From contig JBFMAF010000032.1 of the NCBI GenBank assembly GCA_040755995.1, positions 355,212 to 419,211 of the forward strand: DNA of 64,000 bases, in the 5' to 3' direction. This DNA is from Acidobacteriota bacterium. GTDB lineage: Bacteria > Acidobacteriota > CAIWXX01. Of the stretch, positions 37,928 to 47,634 are shown one piece after another (positions within the stretch are counted from its first letter, which is position 1; each line of letters opens with the position of its first letter). The notes under the pieces were generated by a model. The model had not been told where the DNA came from. It did no database searches and saw only the letters and a list, made by a program, of their open reading frames with translations. The translations under genes and the position numbers were made by a program.

Positions 37928-39073
37928 CTATGCGCCTTTCAGCAAGTTCCTCGCAATGACTACGCGCTGTATCTCCGATGTTCCCTCGTATATGGTCGTC
38001 ACCCGGGCGTCCCGGTAGTATCGCTCTGCCGCGAACTCCCGCGAGAACCCGTACGCGCCGTGTATCTGAACGCACGTGCCGGTGACCCGATTGCACATCT
38101 CGCTGGCGTAGAGCTTGGCCATGGAGCTTTCTTTGCTGAACGGCACAGCCTTGTCTCGGAGCGCTGCGGCGCGATGCGTCAGCATCCGGGCGGCCTGGAT
38201 CTGGGCGTACATGTCGGCGAACATGTTGCGAACCGCCTCGATCTCGGCGAGCGTCTTGCCGAAGGCGGTGCGTTGCTTCGAATACTGGAGGGCCGCGTCG
38301 AACGCGCCCTGGGCTATGCCAACCGCCTGTGCGGCGACGCCGATGCGGGCGCCGTCGAGCGCGCTCAGCGCGATCCGGATTCCCATGCCCTCCACGGACA
38401 GCAAGTTCTCGGCGGGCACCCTGCAGTCCTCCAGAATCACCTCCGTCGTCCTCGACGCGCGCAATCCCATCTTGTCCTCGATCGTGCCGATTCTGAACCC
38501 AGGGAAGCTCGATTCGACGATGAAGGCGCTTATGCCCCGACCGGCCTGCGCCGGGTCGGTCACGGCCGCCACTATGTAGACCGAAGCGGCGCCGCCGTTT
38601 GTGACCCACGCCTTGGTGCCATTCAGGACGTAGCTGTCGCCGTCTCTGACGGCGCGAGTGCGGATGGCCGTGGCGTCGGACCCGCAGTGGGGCTCCGTCA
38701 GGCAGAAGGCACCGAGAGTCTCCCCGGTCGCCAGCCGCGGCAGATACCTCTTCCGCTGCTCCTCCGAGCCGTACGCGAGAATCGGGTAGCAGCAGACCGA
38801 GTTGTTCACGCTCATCGTCACGGCGCTCGACGGGCAGACTCGCGCGATCTCCTCGATAGCCAGGCAGTAGGTTACCGTGTCCGTACCGGCGCCGCCGTAC
38901 TCTTCCGGCACGATCATCCCCAACAGGCCGAGCTCGCCCATCCTCCGCAAGATCTCCTCGGGGAAGATCGATCCGCGCTCTCGTTCGCGCACGCCGGGCG
39001 CGATCTCGCTCTTGGCGAATTCGCGCACCATCTGCAGCAAGAGCTGCTGGTCCTCGGTATAGTCGATTCTCAT
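37928..39073 (-). CDS. Acyl-CoA dehydrogenase
   Basis: FCLTEPHCGSD, LNGTKAWVTNG, KMGLRAS, LDGARIG, IYEGTSEIQR. Confidence 0.95.
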   Translation of the reverse strand: MRIDYTEDQQLLLQMVREFAKSEIAPGVRERERGSIFPEEILRRMGELGLLGMIVPEEYGGAGTDTVTYCLAIEEIARVCPSSAVTMSVNNSVCCYPILAYGSEEQRKRYLPRLATGETLGAFCLTEPHCGSDATAIRTRAVRDGDSYVLNGTKAWVTNGGAASVYIVAAVTDPAQAGRGISAFIVESSFPGFRIGTIEDKMGLRASRTTEVILEDCRVPAENLLSVEGMGIRIALSALDGARIGVAAQAVGIAQGAFDAALQYSKQRTAFGKTLAEIEAVRNMFADMYAQIQAARMLTHRAAALRDKAVPFSKESSMAKLYASEMCNRVTGTCVQIHGAYGFSREFAAERYYRDARVTTIYEGTSEIQRVVIARNLLKGA

Positions 39074-39086
39074 TGCAGGTACCCGC

Positions 39087-40226
39087 TCAGGCGAGGATAT
39101 TCGATGCGATCACGATCTTCTGGATCTCGGAGGTGCCCTCGTAGATCTCGGTTACCTTGCTGTCGCGGAAGAAGCGCTCCATCGGGTACTCCTTCGAGTA
39201 CCCGTAGCCGCCGAATATCTGGATCCCCTTGTTGGTGGCGCGCACGGCGGTGTCGGAGGCGACAAGCTTGGCGACCGACGCCTCCAGCGAGTAGCGCGTC
39301 TGGTGGTCCTTGGTCCAGGCGGCCTTGTAGGTGAGGAGGCGGGCCGCGTCGATTTCGGTGGCCATGTCTGCGAGCATCCACTGGATTGCCTGGAACTCGC
39401 AGATCGGCTGGTCGAACTGTTTGCGCTGCTGCGAGTAGAGCAGTGCCTCTTCGAGCGCTGCGCGTGCCAGCCCGACGGCCTGCGCCGCAATTCCGATGCG
39501 CCCGCCGTCCAGGGTCCGCATGGCGACCTTGAACCCTTCGCCTTCCTTGCCGAGGCGATTGCTTTCGGGTATCTCGCATCCGTCCAGCACGACCTCACAG
39601 CTCCCGCTGCCGCAGATCCCGAGCCGCTCGGTCTCCTTGCCGACCTGCATGCCGGGCCGGTCCCGTTCGACCAGGAACGTAGTAATGCCCTTGCTCCCTC
39701 GGCTCGGGTCGATCGTGGCGAATACGATGAAGAGGTCCGCGGCGATACCATTGGTGACCCAGATCTTGTTGCCGGTGAGGCGGTAGCCGGAGGCTGTTTT
39801 CTCGGCGCGTGTGCGGATGCGGCCCGCGTCCGAGCCGGCGTCGGGCTCGGTCAGAGCGAATGAGCCGACCCACTCGCCGGATGCCAGCTTTTTCAGAAAG
39901 TGCTGCTTCTGTTCTTCGTTGCCGAAGTTCATGACCGGGTCGCACACCAGCGAGTTCTGGACCGAGAGCATCACTCCGCTGCTGCCGCAGTAGCGCGAGA
40001 CCTCTTCGATTGCGATCACGTAGGAGATGGTGTCGAGATCGCCCCCGCCGTACTCCCCTGGGACCGCCACGCCTGTCAGGTTGAGCTCCGCTGCGCGTCT
40101 GAACACGTCGCGCGGAAACTCGCATGTGCGATCGATCTCCCGGGCACGCGGGGCGACAACCTTCGTCGCGAACTCGTGCACCATCTTCTTGACCATTTCC
40201 TGTTCTTCAGTCAGATCGAAGTTCAT
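39087..40226 (-). CDS. Acyl-CoA dehydrogenase (butyryl-CoA dehydrogenase-like)
   Basis: FALTEPDAGSD, LDGGRIGIAAQ, GGYGY, IYEGTSEIQK. Confidence 0.95.
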   Translation of the reverse strand: MNFDLTEEQEMVKKMVHEFATKVVAPRAREIDRTCEFPRDVFRRAAELNLTGVAVPGEYGGGDLDTISYVIAIEEVSRYCGSSGVMLSVQNSLVCDPVMNFGNEEQKQHFLKKLASGEWVGSFALTEPDAGSDAGRIRTRAEKTASGYRLTGNKIWVTNGIAADLFIVFATIDPSRGSKGITTFLVERDRPGMQVGKETERLGICGSGSCEVVLDGCEIPESNRLGKEGEGFKVAMRTLDGGRIGIAAQAVGLARAALEEALLYSQQRKQFDQPICEFQAIQWMLADMATEIDAARLLTYKAAWTKDHQTRYSLEASVAKLVASDTAVRATNKGIQIFGGYGYSKEYPMERFFRDSKVTEIYEGTSEIQKIVIASNILA

Positions 40227-40508
40227 GAGAATTGCTCCAGATGAATCCTAGCGAGGCGGGGCCTCAGACCGATGAACCATGCCAGGCCGCTTTGGCCCCG
40301 CCTCGCGTCGAGAGTCGACAGTCGAGAGTTGGGAGTGACTAGCGTGGGAATTCAGACCGAATGACGCGACGTGGCAAACTTGACTCAATCGCAACATCTT
40401 TTTCCCCTGAAGCCCGCTATGCGCTAACGCGCCTAGCGAGGCAGCGCCTCGGAACGACTAGCTTCTGACGTACCGGCACGGGTACGGGTAGGAAGTGGAA
40501 TTCTGAAA

Positions 40509-41006
40509 TCATTTCTGCGCATACTTGACGAAGAGCGGCCTCAATCTTGCGTCGGTAACAGCCAGGTCCTCGATGAGCACCCGTGTTTCTCCCGTGACGG
40601 TCATGTAGTTGGTGTCGCCGCCCCAGCGTGGGACGATGTGGAGGTGGTAGTGTTCGAGGACGCCGGCTCCTGCGCATTTGCCGAGGTTCATGCCGATATT
40701 GAACCCCTCGGGGTGGTAGGCGTCGGTCAGGACTCGCTGGCAAACCTTCAGGAGGTCCATCATCTCGGCGGTCTGTTCGTGAGTGGCGTCGGTTGGAGTC
40801 GTGAGGTGCTCGTAGGGAACTATCATCAGGTGGCCGTTGTTGTATGGGTAGATGTTGACGATGACGAAGTTCCAGCTTGCGCGGAGGAGGATGTGGGCCG
40901 GCCGATCGTCGCCCATATCTAGGGCGTCGCAGAAGATGCAGCCCGGCTTCTTGGCACCCTGAGTCACGTACTCCAACCTCCACGGGGCCCAGAGTCGTTC
41001 CGTCAT
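40509..41006 (-). CDS. HIT family protein
   Basis: LWAPWR, CIFC, YPYNNGH, HYHLHIVPRW. Confidence 0.93.
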   Translation of the reverse strand: MTERLWAPWRLEYVTQGAKKPGCIFCDALDMGDDRPAHILLRASWNFVIVNIYPYNNGHLMIVPYEHLTTPTDATHEQTAEMMDLLKVCQRVLTDAYHPEGFNIGMNLGKCAGAGVLEHYHLHIVPRWGGDTNYMTVTGETRVLIEDLAVTDARLRPLFVKYAQK

Positions 41007-41015
41007 GGCATGGCG

Positions 41016-41297
41016 CTACGGCTGCTGATCGACCATCGACTTCAGCTCTTTGCTGGCCTTGAAGTACGGGATGGTCTTCTCAGCCACAGGCACCGACTCG
41101 CCGGTCCGCGGATTGCGCGCCACGCGGGGGCCCCGCGTTTTCACCCGGAACGATCCGAACCCGCGCAGTTCGACCTTGTCCCCTTTCCTGAGGGCTTCGA
41201 CGATTGCGCCCAGAAATGAATCCACGATCTTCTCGGACTCGGCGTGGTTGACTTCCAGCTTCTGGCTGAGCTGTTCGATGAGCTGCATCTTGGTCAT
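41016..41297 (-). CDS. ihfB: Integration host factor beta / HU family
   Basis: MTK..VELRGFGSF..ARNPRTGE..PYFKASKELK; downstream of rpsA-sppA. Confidence 0.85.
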   Translation of the reverse strand: MTKMQLIEQLSQKLEVNHAESEKIVDSFLGAIVEALRKGDKVELRGFGSFRVKTRGPRVARNPRTGESVPVAEKTIPYFKASKELKSMVDQQP

Positions 41298-41304
41298 GTT
41301 CTTC

Positions 41305-42312
41305 CTAGTTCTCCGTGAGCCGTGCCGGCTCGTGCGTCCACCTGTATTCGAAAACGGGTTCAGCGCTGTTCCGGACTGGGAGGTATCTTGTGAGCGAGCC
41401 GAAGAGAATCTCCAGCAATCCCAGCCGCCGCTTGGCCGGCTCGACCACACGGGGCTCGCCCTTGATGCCCGCCAGCCTTCCTGCGAGCGCGATGGCGTCT
41501 TGAAGGTCGCCGATCTCGTCGATGAGGCCGTTCTTCTTCGCCTGCATCCCCGTGAAGGCGCGGCCGTCCGCCAGCTTTCGGACCGTCTCGATCGGCATCT
41601 TCCGGCCATCGGCGACACTCGATACGAACTGCGCGTGCAGGTCGTCGACGATCTCCTGGAAGTACTCCTCTTCCGCGCGGCTCATCTCTCGTACAGGCGA
41701 TCCCGCGTCCTTCATCGAGCCGCTCTTGACGGTGACGTCCTTGAGCTTGGCCCATCGGAGCAGGTCGCCGTAGTTGGTCCAGTTCGCGATGACACCGATA
41801 GATCCGGTGATTGTGCCGGGGTTCGCGACGATCTTGGAGGCTGCGCATGCAATATAGTAGCCGCCCGAGGCGGCAACGCCGCTCATGGACACGACGATCG
41901 GCTTCGAAGCGCGTATGCGCTTGACCTCTTCGTGGATCTCCTGCGATGCCGCGACACCTCCGCCCGGGCTGTTCACGCGCAGGACGATGGAGCGGACCGA
42001 GTCGTCTTTCCAGTACTTGCGCAGGTGATCGACGATCTCGCGAGACTCGGTAATTTCGCCGTCGACCTCGACCAGAGCCACCTTGTCCCCGGAGAAGTCG
42101 ATCGCAAGGCTCTCGCCGTCCTCGAACTGCCCGACCAGGAGCAGCAGGGCCGTGATGAACAGGAGGAAGATGAGGAGGACGCTCCCGAGGAACAGCAGCA
42201 ACCTTCGCCGGGCGCGAGAGGGTGGCGGCGGGAGGGGAGGGGCAGGAGGCGGAGGGAGATCGGGTGTCGGGAAGCGGGGGATGTCTGGCGACCCGTATTC
42301 GCCGTCAGGCAT
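41305..42312 (-). CDS. sppA: Signal peptide peptidase SppA (36K type)
   Basis: RVNSPGG, AASGGYYIA, TGSIGV, ADGRAFTG. Confidence 0.93.
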   Translation of the reverse strand: MPDGEYGSPDIPRFPTPDLPPPPAPPLPPPPSRARRRLLLFLGSVLLIFLLFITALLLLVGQFEDGESLAIDFSGDKVALVEVDGEITESREIVDHLRKYWKDDSVRSIVLRVNSPGGGVAASQEIHEEVKRIRASKPIVVSMSGVAASGGYYIACAASKIVANPGTITGSIGVIANWTNYGDLLRWAKLKDVTVKSGSMKDAGSPVREMSRAEEEYFQEIVDDLHAQFVSSVADGRKMPIETVRKLADGRAFTGMQAKKNGLIDEIGDLQDAIALAGRLAGIKGEPRVVEPAKRRLGLLEILFGSLTRYLPVRNSAEPVFEYRWTHEPARLTEN

Positions 42313-42381
42313 CGTTGCCTCTACGCTGCATTGTCAGGGTGGCCGGATCGGGTGGCTGCCCTGCAGCGTCCTGCGTCCGAC

Positions 42382-42456
42382 ACGTCTCCGCGTCTCCGCG
42401 TCTCCGCGTCCCCGCGTCTCTCCGTCTGCGTGTCACCGCCGTCACCGTGTCTCCAC
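42382..42456. repeat. Degenerate octamer tandem repeat (CGCGTCTC)n
   Basis: acgtctccgcgtctccgcgtctccgcgtccccgcgtctc.. between rpsA and sppA. Confidence 0.75.
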
Positions 42457-42517
42457 GTCGCTCGTCCATTCCCGCCCATATTGACTGCGCCTGAGCATAT
42501 CCCCAGGAGCAGCCTCG

Positions 42518-44287
42518 CTACTCCTTCTGCTGGCGGAGCGACGACATCTGTTCGGTGGCTTCGCGCAGGTAGTCGCCGAGGCTGGTCTTGCCCGCGGTTC
42601 CGGTCGAGGCCTGGTACTCGGCCACATCTGCGCGTTCCCTGTCGAGGATGGCCGCGCGGATGCTCAGGCCGATCTTCTTCTCGGCGTTGTTGATCTTGAT
42701 GATCTTGGCGGTGACTGGGTCGCCCGGCTTGAACTTGTCCTCGGGCTTCTCGACGCGTTTGTCGTCGAGCTCGCTGACGTGGATGAGGCCCTCGATTCCC
42801 GGTTCCAGCTCTACGAAGACTCCGAAGTTTGTGACGCGCACGACCTTTGCGGGCAGCACGTCGCCGACACCGTGGTTCTTGACGAACTCTTCCCAGACGT
42901 CCGGCTGGAGCTGCTTGATTCCGAGGGAGAGGCGCTGGTTGCCGCTGTCGATGTTCAGGATCATGGCCTCCACGACCTCGCCCTTCTTCAACACCTCCGA
43001 CGGATGCTTGATCTTCTTGGTCCAGGACAGGTCCGAGACGTGGATGAGCCCGTCGATTCCGTCCTCGACCTCGACGAACGCGCCGAACTCGGTGAGGTTG
43101 CGTATCTTGCCCTTGATGACCGATCCGATCTGGTACTTCTCGCCCAATACCTGCCACGGGTTGGGCTCTGTTTGCTTGAGTCCCAGCGAGATGCGGCGGT
43201 TGGCCTGGTCGATTCCGAGCACCTGGGTGACCACGACGTCCCCGACCGAGAGTATGCGGCTCGGGTGCTTCACCCGCTTGTTCCAGCTCATCTCGGAGAC
43301 GTGGATCAGCCCCTCGACACCGTCCTCGATCGAGACGAACGCGCCGTACTCGGTGAGGCTGATGACCTTGCCTCTCACGCGGCTGCCGACGGGGAACTTC
43401 TCGGTCACGGTCTCCCATGGATCCCGCTGGCGCTGTTTGTAACCCAGAGACACTCGCTCGGTCTCACGGTCGAACTTCAGCACAACGACATCGACCTCGT
43501 CGCCGGGCTGGAAGATCTCGGACGGATGATTGATCCGCCCCCAGGACATGTCGGTGATGTGGAGCAGCCCGTCGATGCCGCCCAGATCTATGAATGCGCC
43601 GTAGTCCGTAATATTCTTGACATAACCCCTGAGCAAAGCGCCTTCGTGCAGGTTCTCGAGCGTGACCTTCTTCCGGCTCTCGGCTTCTTCCTCGAGGACC
43701 GCTTTTCGGCTTAGCACGATGTTCCCGCGCTTCTTGTTCACCTTGATGACCCGCATGAGCAGGTCTTTGCCCCTCAAGGCGTCGATGTTCCGCACAGGCT
43801 TGATATCCAGCTGGCTGCCGGGGAGAAACGCGCGCACGCCGATGTCAACGGCAAACCCGCCCTTGATGCGCTCGATGATCCGTCCCGTGACGGTCGAACG
43901 ATCGTTGTAGGCCCGCTCGATCTGGTCCCACACCTTCATCTTCTCGGCCTTCTCGCGCGACAGCACGATATAGCCCTCGACGTCCTCGGCCTGCTCGAGA
44001 AGCACGTCGACCTGGTCACCGGGCTTCACCTGGATCTTGCCGCCCTCCATCATGAATTCGGCGATCGGTATGATGCCCTCGCTCTTGTACCCGATGTCGA
44101 CAATGACCTCGTTCTCGGTCACCTTCAACACGGTGCCCTTCAGCACCTCGCCTTCCGAGAACCCCTTGCGGCTGCTCTCGTAGTCCTGGAGCATCGACTC
44201 GAAGTCCTCATCGGAACGCTTCTGGTTTGCCTGACCAGAGGTCTGTCCCTCCTTTCCCCTCAGGCTCGTCTGTTTCTCTTCGCTCAT
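42518..44287 (-). CDS. rpsA: 30S ribosomal protein S1
   Basis: Six S1 domains (VDIGYKSEG, AFLPGSQ, DGLLHITDMSW, EGLIHVSEMSW). Confidence 0.97.
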   Translation of the reverse strand: MSEEKQTSLRGKEGQTSGQANQKRSDEDFESMLQDYESSRKGFSEGEVLKGTVLKVTENEVIVDIGYKSEGIIPIAEFMMEGGKIQVKPGDQVDVLLEQAEDVEGYIVLSREKAEKMKVWDQIERAYNDRSTVTGRIIERIKGGFAVDIGVRAFLPGSQLDIKPVRNIDALRGKDLLMRVIKVNKKRGNIVLSRKAVLEEEAESRKKVTLENLHEGALLRGYVKNITDYGAFIDLGGIDGLLHITDMSWGRINHPSEIFQPGDEVDVVVLKFDRETERVSLGYKQRQRDPWETVTEKFPVGSRVRGKVISLTEYGAFVSIEDGVEGLIHVSEMSWNKRVKHPSRILSVGDVVVTQVLGIDQANRRISLGLKQTEPNPWQVLGEKYQIGSVIKGKIRNLTEFGAFVEVEDGIDGLIHVSDLSWTKKIKHPSEVLKKGEVVEAMILNIDSGNQRLSLGIKQLQPDVWEEFVKNHGVGDVLPAKVVRVTNFGVFVELEPGIEGLIHVSELDDKRVEKPEDKFKPGDPVTAKIIKINNAEKKIGLSIRAAILDRERADVAEYQASTGTAGKTSLGDYLREATEQMSSLRQQKE

Positions 44288-44433
44288 GGTTACAAGGCCT
44301 CCTCAGAAACCAGGCGCCGGTTACCCTGCGAATGATCAAGGCTCAGCGGCGCCTCGGCTCGATCGAAACATCAGATATTATTGGGTTTGCCGCCAGTTGT
44401 CAAACGCCTCCGACTCCTGATAGGCTTCCGGCC

Positions 44434-45309
44434 GTGATCGAGAAGCGCCCGGTGAGTGTGGTGATCCCCGCGTACAACGAGGAACAGTCTGTCGGGAAGG
44501 TGATCGACGCGTATCGAGACGGCCTGACGGCCTACTACGGGCGGGCCGACGGATTCGAGATCATCGTGGTCGACGACGGATCGAAGGACGCGACTGCCGC
44601 GGCCGCCCGCTCGCACGGCGCCACCGTGATCCAGCACAAGACCAACCACGGCTACGGCGCCACCCTGAAGCTCGGCATCAACCACGCGCGCTTCGAAGAT
44701 GTGCTGATCACCGATGCGGACGACACGTATCGCGTCGAGGAAGCGATCAAGGTTCTCGACGCTCGTGACGGATCGGACATGGCCGTCGGCGCGCGTGTCG
44801 GAAGGACGGTCAAGATCCCCCTGGTGAGGCGCCCGGCGAAGTGGGCCCTCCTGAAGCTGGCCAGCTATCTCTCCGGCGAAGACATCCCGGACATCAACTC
44901 GGGCCTGCGCCTGTTCAAACGCGATGACATCAAGAATTACTTCCACATAGTCTCGAACGGCTTCTCCTTCACCATGACCACCACACTCTCATACCTCGCC
45001 GACGGAAAAGACGTGGTGTTCGTGCCGATCAACTACCACGCCCGCACCGGGCATTCGAAGATCCGGCCGATCCGCGACACGCTGCTCTTCCTGCAGGTCA
45101 TACTCCGCACGATCATCTACTTCAACCCGCTCCGAGTGTTCCTACCGATCAGTCTGTTGCTGTTCCTGTTCGGCCTGGGTGTCGCCACCTACGAAGTGAT
45201 CGTGCACCATAACCTCACTGACCTGTCGCTGATCTCGATCATTGCGGGAATCCAGGTCGGGGCCACGGGACTGCTCGCGGACCTGATCGTACGGAAGAAA
45301 GGGAGGTAG
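44434..45309 (+). CDS. Glycosyltransferase family 2 (DPM-like)
   Basis: SVVIPAYNEE, VVDDGSKD, ITDAD, DINSGLR, C-terminal TM helices. Confidence 0.92.
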   Translation: MIEKRPVSVVIPAYNEEQSVGKVIDAYRDGLTAYYGRADGFEIIVVDDGSKDATAAAARSHGATVIQHKTNHGYGATLKLGINHARFEDVLITDADDTYRVEEAIKVLDARDGSDMAVGARVGRTVKIPLVRRPAKWALLKLASYLSGEDIPDINSGLRLFKRDDIKNYFHIVSNGFSFTMTTTLSYLADGKDVVFVPINYHARTGHSKIRPIRDTLLFLQVILRTIIYFNPLRVFLPISLLLFLFGLGVATYEVIVHHNLTDLSLISIIAGIQVGATGLLADLIVRKKGR

Positions 45310-45486
45310 CCCGCCGTCACCGTAGTCTGGCGGCATCGCGTTTGCATCGTTGGTCGCCGCGGACGGAAACCTAACCTGGCCGAGCCAGAACCAAAGGCCG
45401 ATGGCAACTCCACCCCCGGCCGTCTCTGTCTCGCGCGCTGCTCTGCGTGCGCGTCGTGGCCGTGGCTTGGCGTGTCACGGGGCGTG

Positions 45487-47046
45487 TCATGGTCCGATCG
45501 CCTCGACCAGATGCCCGGCGATGTTGCGTGCGTCGCGATCGAAGCTGACGCCGACGAGCACGATCCGCTTGCCCGATGCCCGGAAGCGCTCCCAGTAGCG
45601 TTTCTCGCGAATCTGCTCGAGCGCTTCCTCCTGCGTGCCCATCTTGAACTCCATCACGTACACTCGCGTGGGCGTTTCCACAACCGCGTCCACACGGCCG
45701 ACATTCGTCTCTACTTCGGTCCTCACGTCGACGCCCATCAACGCGAGTGTCAGATAGATCACGGTCTCGTAGTATCCCTCCAGGTCGCGTACGAATGCGT
45801 CGTAAGGGATCGAAGCAAACAGCGACCGAAGCAGTTTGAAGGACTCCGCCAGATCATCGCGCGCGATCGAGCTGGCCATGCGGCGCGCCGTCAGACCCAC
45901 GGCCGCGGTCCGACTCTGCGAGAAGTCCGCGAGTACGTGTTTGATGAGCGATTCTCGCACCTCGCGGTTGGGATAAGAGAGTGTATACTCCGTGGCGCCG
46001 GAGGCGGCTGTTGCCGTCCTCTTGATCGTCAGGTAGCCCGTCTGAAACAGCAGCATTGCAACGTCCATGCGATCCACATCGTAGGCCTCGAACAGGCTGT
46101 CGTCCGTCTCATACTGCTCCAGCGCACTGATGTCCATCCGATACTGGCGCATCATCTTGAGGAGGAACGAGGGAGTGCCGGTCTCGAACCAGAAGTTGCT
46201 CAGCCTTCCCTTCGAGAAGAGACTCAGAATCGACTGCGGGTTGTAGACGAAGTTGCGACCGTCCCACGAATACCCGTTGTACCATTCACGGACCCTATTC
46301 AGCAGATCCTCGCGTGGGAGCTCCATCCTCGAGGCCGTGGAGTCGATCCAGTCGTCGAAGCTGGACAACAGCTCCTCCTCGGTCCAACCTAGCAGCGTCG
46401 AGTACCGGTCGTCGACCGTGATATCTTCCAAGTTGTTGAGCCCTGAGAACAGCGACACGCGCGAGAACTTCGAGACGCCGGTGATGAGCACGAAGCGAAG
46501 GCTTTCATCGCATGCCTTGATCCCCGAGTAGAAGTCCCGAAGCACGTCGCGGTTGGCTGTCGCGATCTCCGGGTCGTCGACTCGATCCGTGATCGCCTTG
46601 TCGTACTCGTCAACGAGGAGCACTGCCTTTCCGGCGCAAATGGAGAGCTTCCTGATCAGCTCCTGAAACCGCGAGTCGAACCCCCGCTCGTTCAGCTTCA
46701 CACCATGCTCGGCGGCGGCTCTGCTTACCAGGCCGCCCAGCGCGCGCTCGAGGCGTAGCGGCTCCGTGAGCCGAAGGCCGGAAAAGTCGATTCGGACGAC
46801 CGGGCTCGGCTTCCACCCAAGCTTGTCCTGAATCCACAGGCCGGAGAACAGCTCCCGATTCCCTTCGAACACCGCCTTCAGCGTCGAAATGAGCAGCGAC
46901 TTGCCGAACCGCCGTGGACGCGATAGGAAGAAATATCCCCCAGCCTGACTGACAAGCTGGTGAATCTGCCTGGTCTTGTCGACGTAGACGCACCCGCTGC
47001 CAATGAGCTTGCTGAATGTGCTGATGCCCAAGGGCAGACCTTTCAT
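45487..47046 (-). CDS. AAA-ATPase-like protein with C-terminal PD-(D/E)XK nuclease domain
   Basis: LPLGISTF, YVDKT, SRPRRFGKSL, LVDEYDK, FSGLNN, WYNGY, YPNREV, GRVD..MEFK. Confidence 0.95.
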   Translation of the reverse strand: MKGLPLGISTFSKLIGSGCVYVDKTRQIHQLVSQAGGYFFLSRPRRFGKSLLISTLKAVFEGNRELFSGLWIQDKLGWKPSPVVRIDFSGLRLTEPLRLERALGGLVSRAAAEHGVKLNERGFDSRFQELIRKLSICAGKAVLLVDEYDKAITDRVDDPEIATANRDVLRDFYSGIKACDESLRFVLITGVSKFSRVSLFSGLNNLEDITVDDRYSTLLGWTEEELLSSFDDWIDSTASRMELPREDLLNRVREWYNGYSWDGRNFVYNPQSILSLFSKGRLSNFWFETGTPSFLLKMMRQYRMDISALEQYETDDSLFEAYDVDRMDVAMLLFQTGYLTIKRTATAASGATEYTLSYPNREVRESLIKHVLADFSQSRTAAVGLTARRMASSIARDDLAESFKLLRSLFASIPYDAFVRDLEGYYETVIYLTLALMGVDVRTEVETNVGRVDAVVETPTRVYVMEFKMGTQEEALEQIREKRYWERFRASGKRIVLVGVSFDRDARNIAGHLVEAIGP

Positions 47047-47146
47047 TGACCAGCCTCCTCTACGAGGTATCGGCTGACGGACCGTGCCTCGCGATCGAAG
47101 CAGGTGCCGACAAGCACGATCCGCTTGGGAACTGGAGCTTCTTCAT
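47043..47146 (-). pseudogene. Remnant of a third AAA-nuclease paralog (start plus last 27 codons)
   Basis: KRIVLVGTCFDREARSVSRYLVEEAGQ* (47043-47126) matches the neighbour's C-terminus KRIVLVGVSFDRDARNIAGHLVEAIGP; out-of-frame MKKL at 47146 with TACAAT 6 nt upstream. Confidence 0.75.
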
Positions 47147-47212
47147 GGGCTCATTGTACAGCGACCGGGCGATTGCTTCAAAGATAGCCCATCCTCACCG
47201 CCATGCGTTGTC

Positions 47213-47570
47213 GTGAATCCGAGGGTCAAGGGTTGGGTGAACCACTTCCACTGGGGCAACTCCGGCCATGACCTCAGTTACGTGGCCTGGCAGGTCGACA
47301 TGAAAGTCCGCAGGTTCGCCACAAGGCAACTACCAAAACGCGAGGGCGGACGTCCATGCACGAAGTGGAGCAAACAGGAGATCTACGAGAAATGGAAACT
47401 CTTCTCCGAATACCGAGTCTCCTGGTGCAGCATGACCCCATGACACAGTCACATGAGCCCTCTCGAAGAAGTCAACTGGCAGCGCCGGATGCGGGAAATC
47501 CGCACGTCCGGTGCGAAGGGCGGGAGTGGGTCAAACGGGCATCCGAGTCCCCGCCACTCCCCGACCCAAC
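47213..47570 (+). mobile_element. 5'-truncated group II intron (maturase X-domain end, domains V and VI)
   Basis: NPRVKGWVNHFHWGNS maturase-like peptide ending at 47443; DV gcgccggatgcgggaaatccgcacgtccggtgc (47482-47514); DVI-like stem ending ..ccccgacccaac. Confidence 0.88.
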
Positions 47571-47634
47571 TTCACGATCACGTTCGCGATCCACGTCAGG
47601 GGGAGTCAGCCGGCCACACCCTCTGGCCTGCCGT

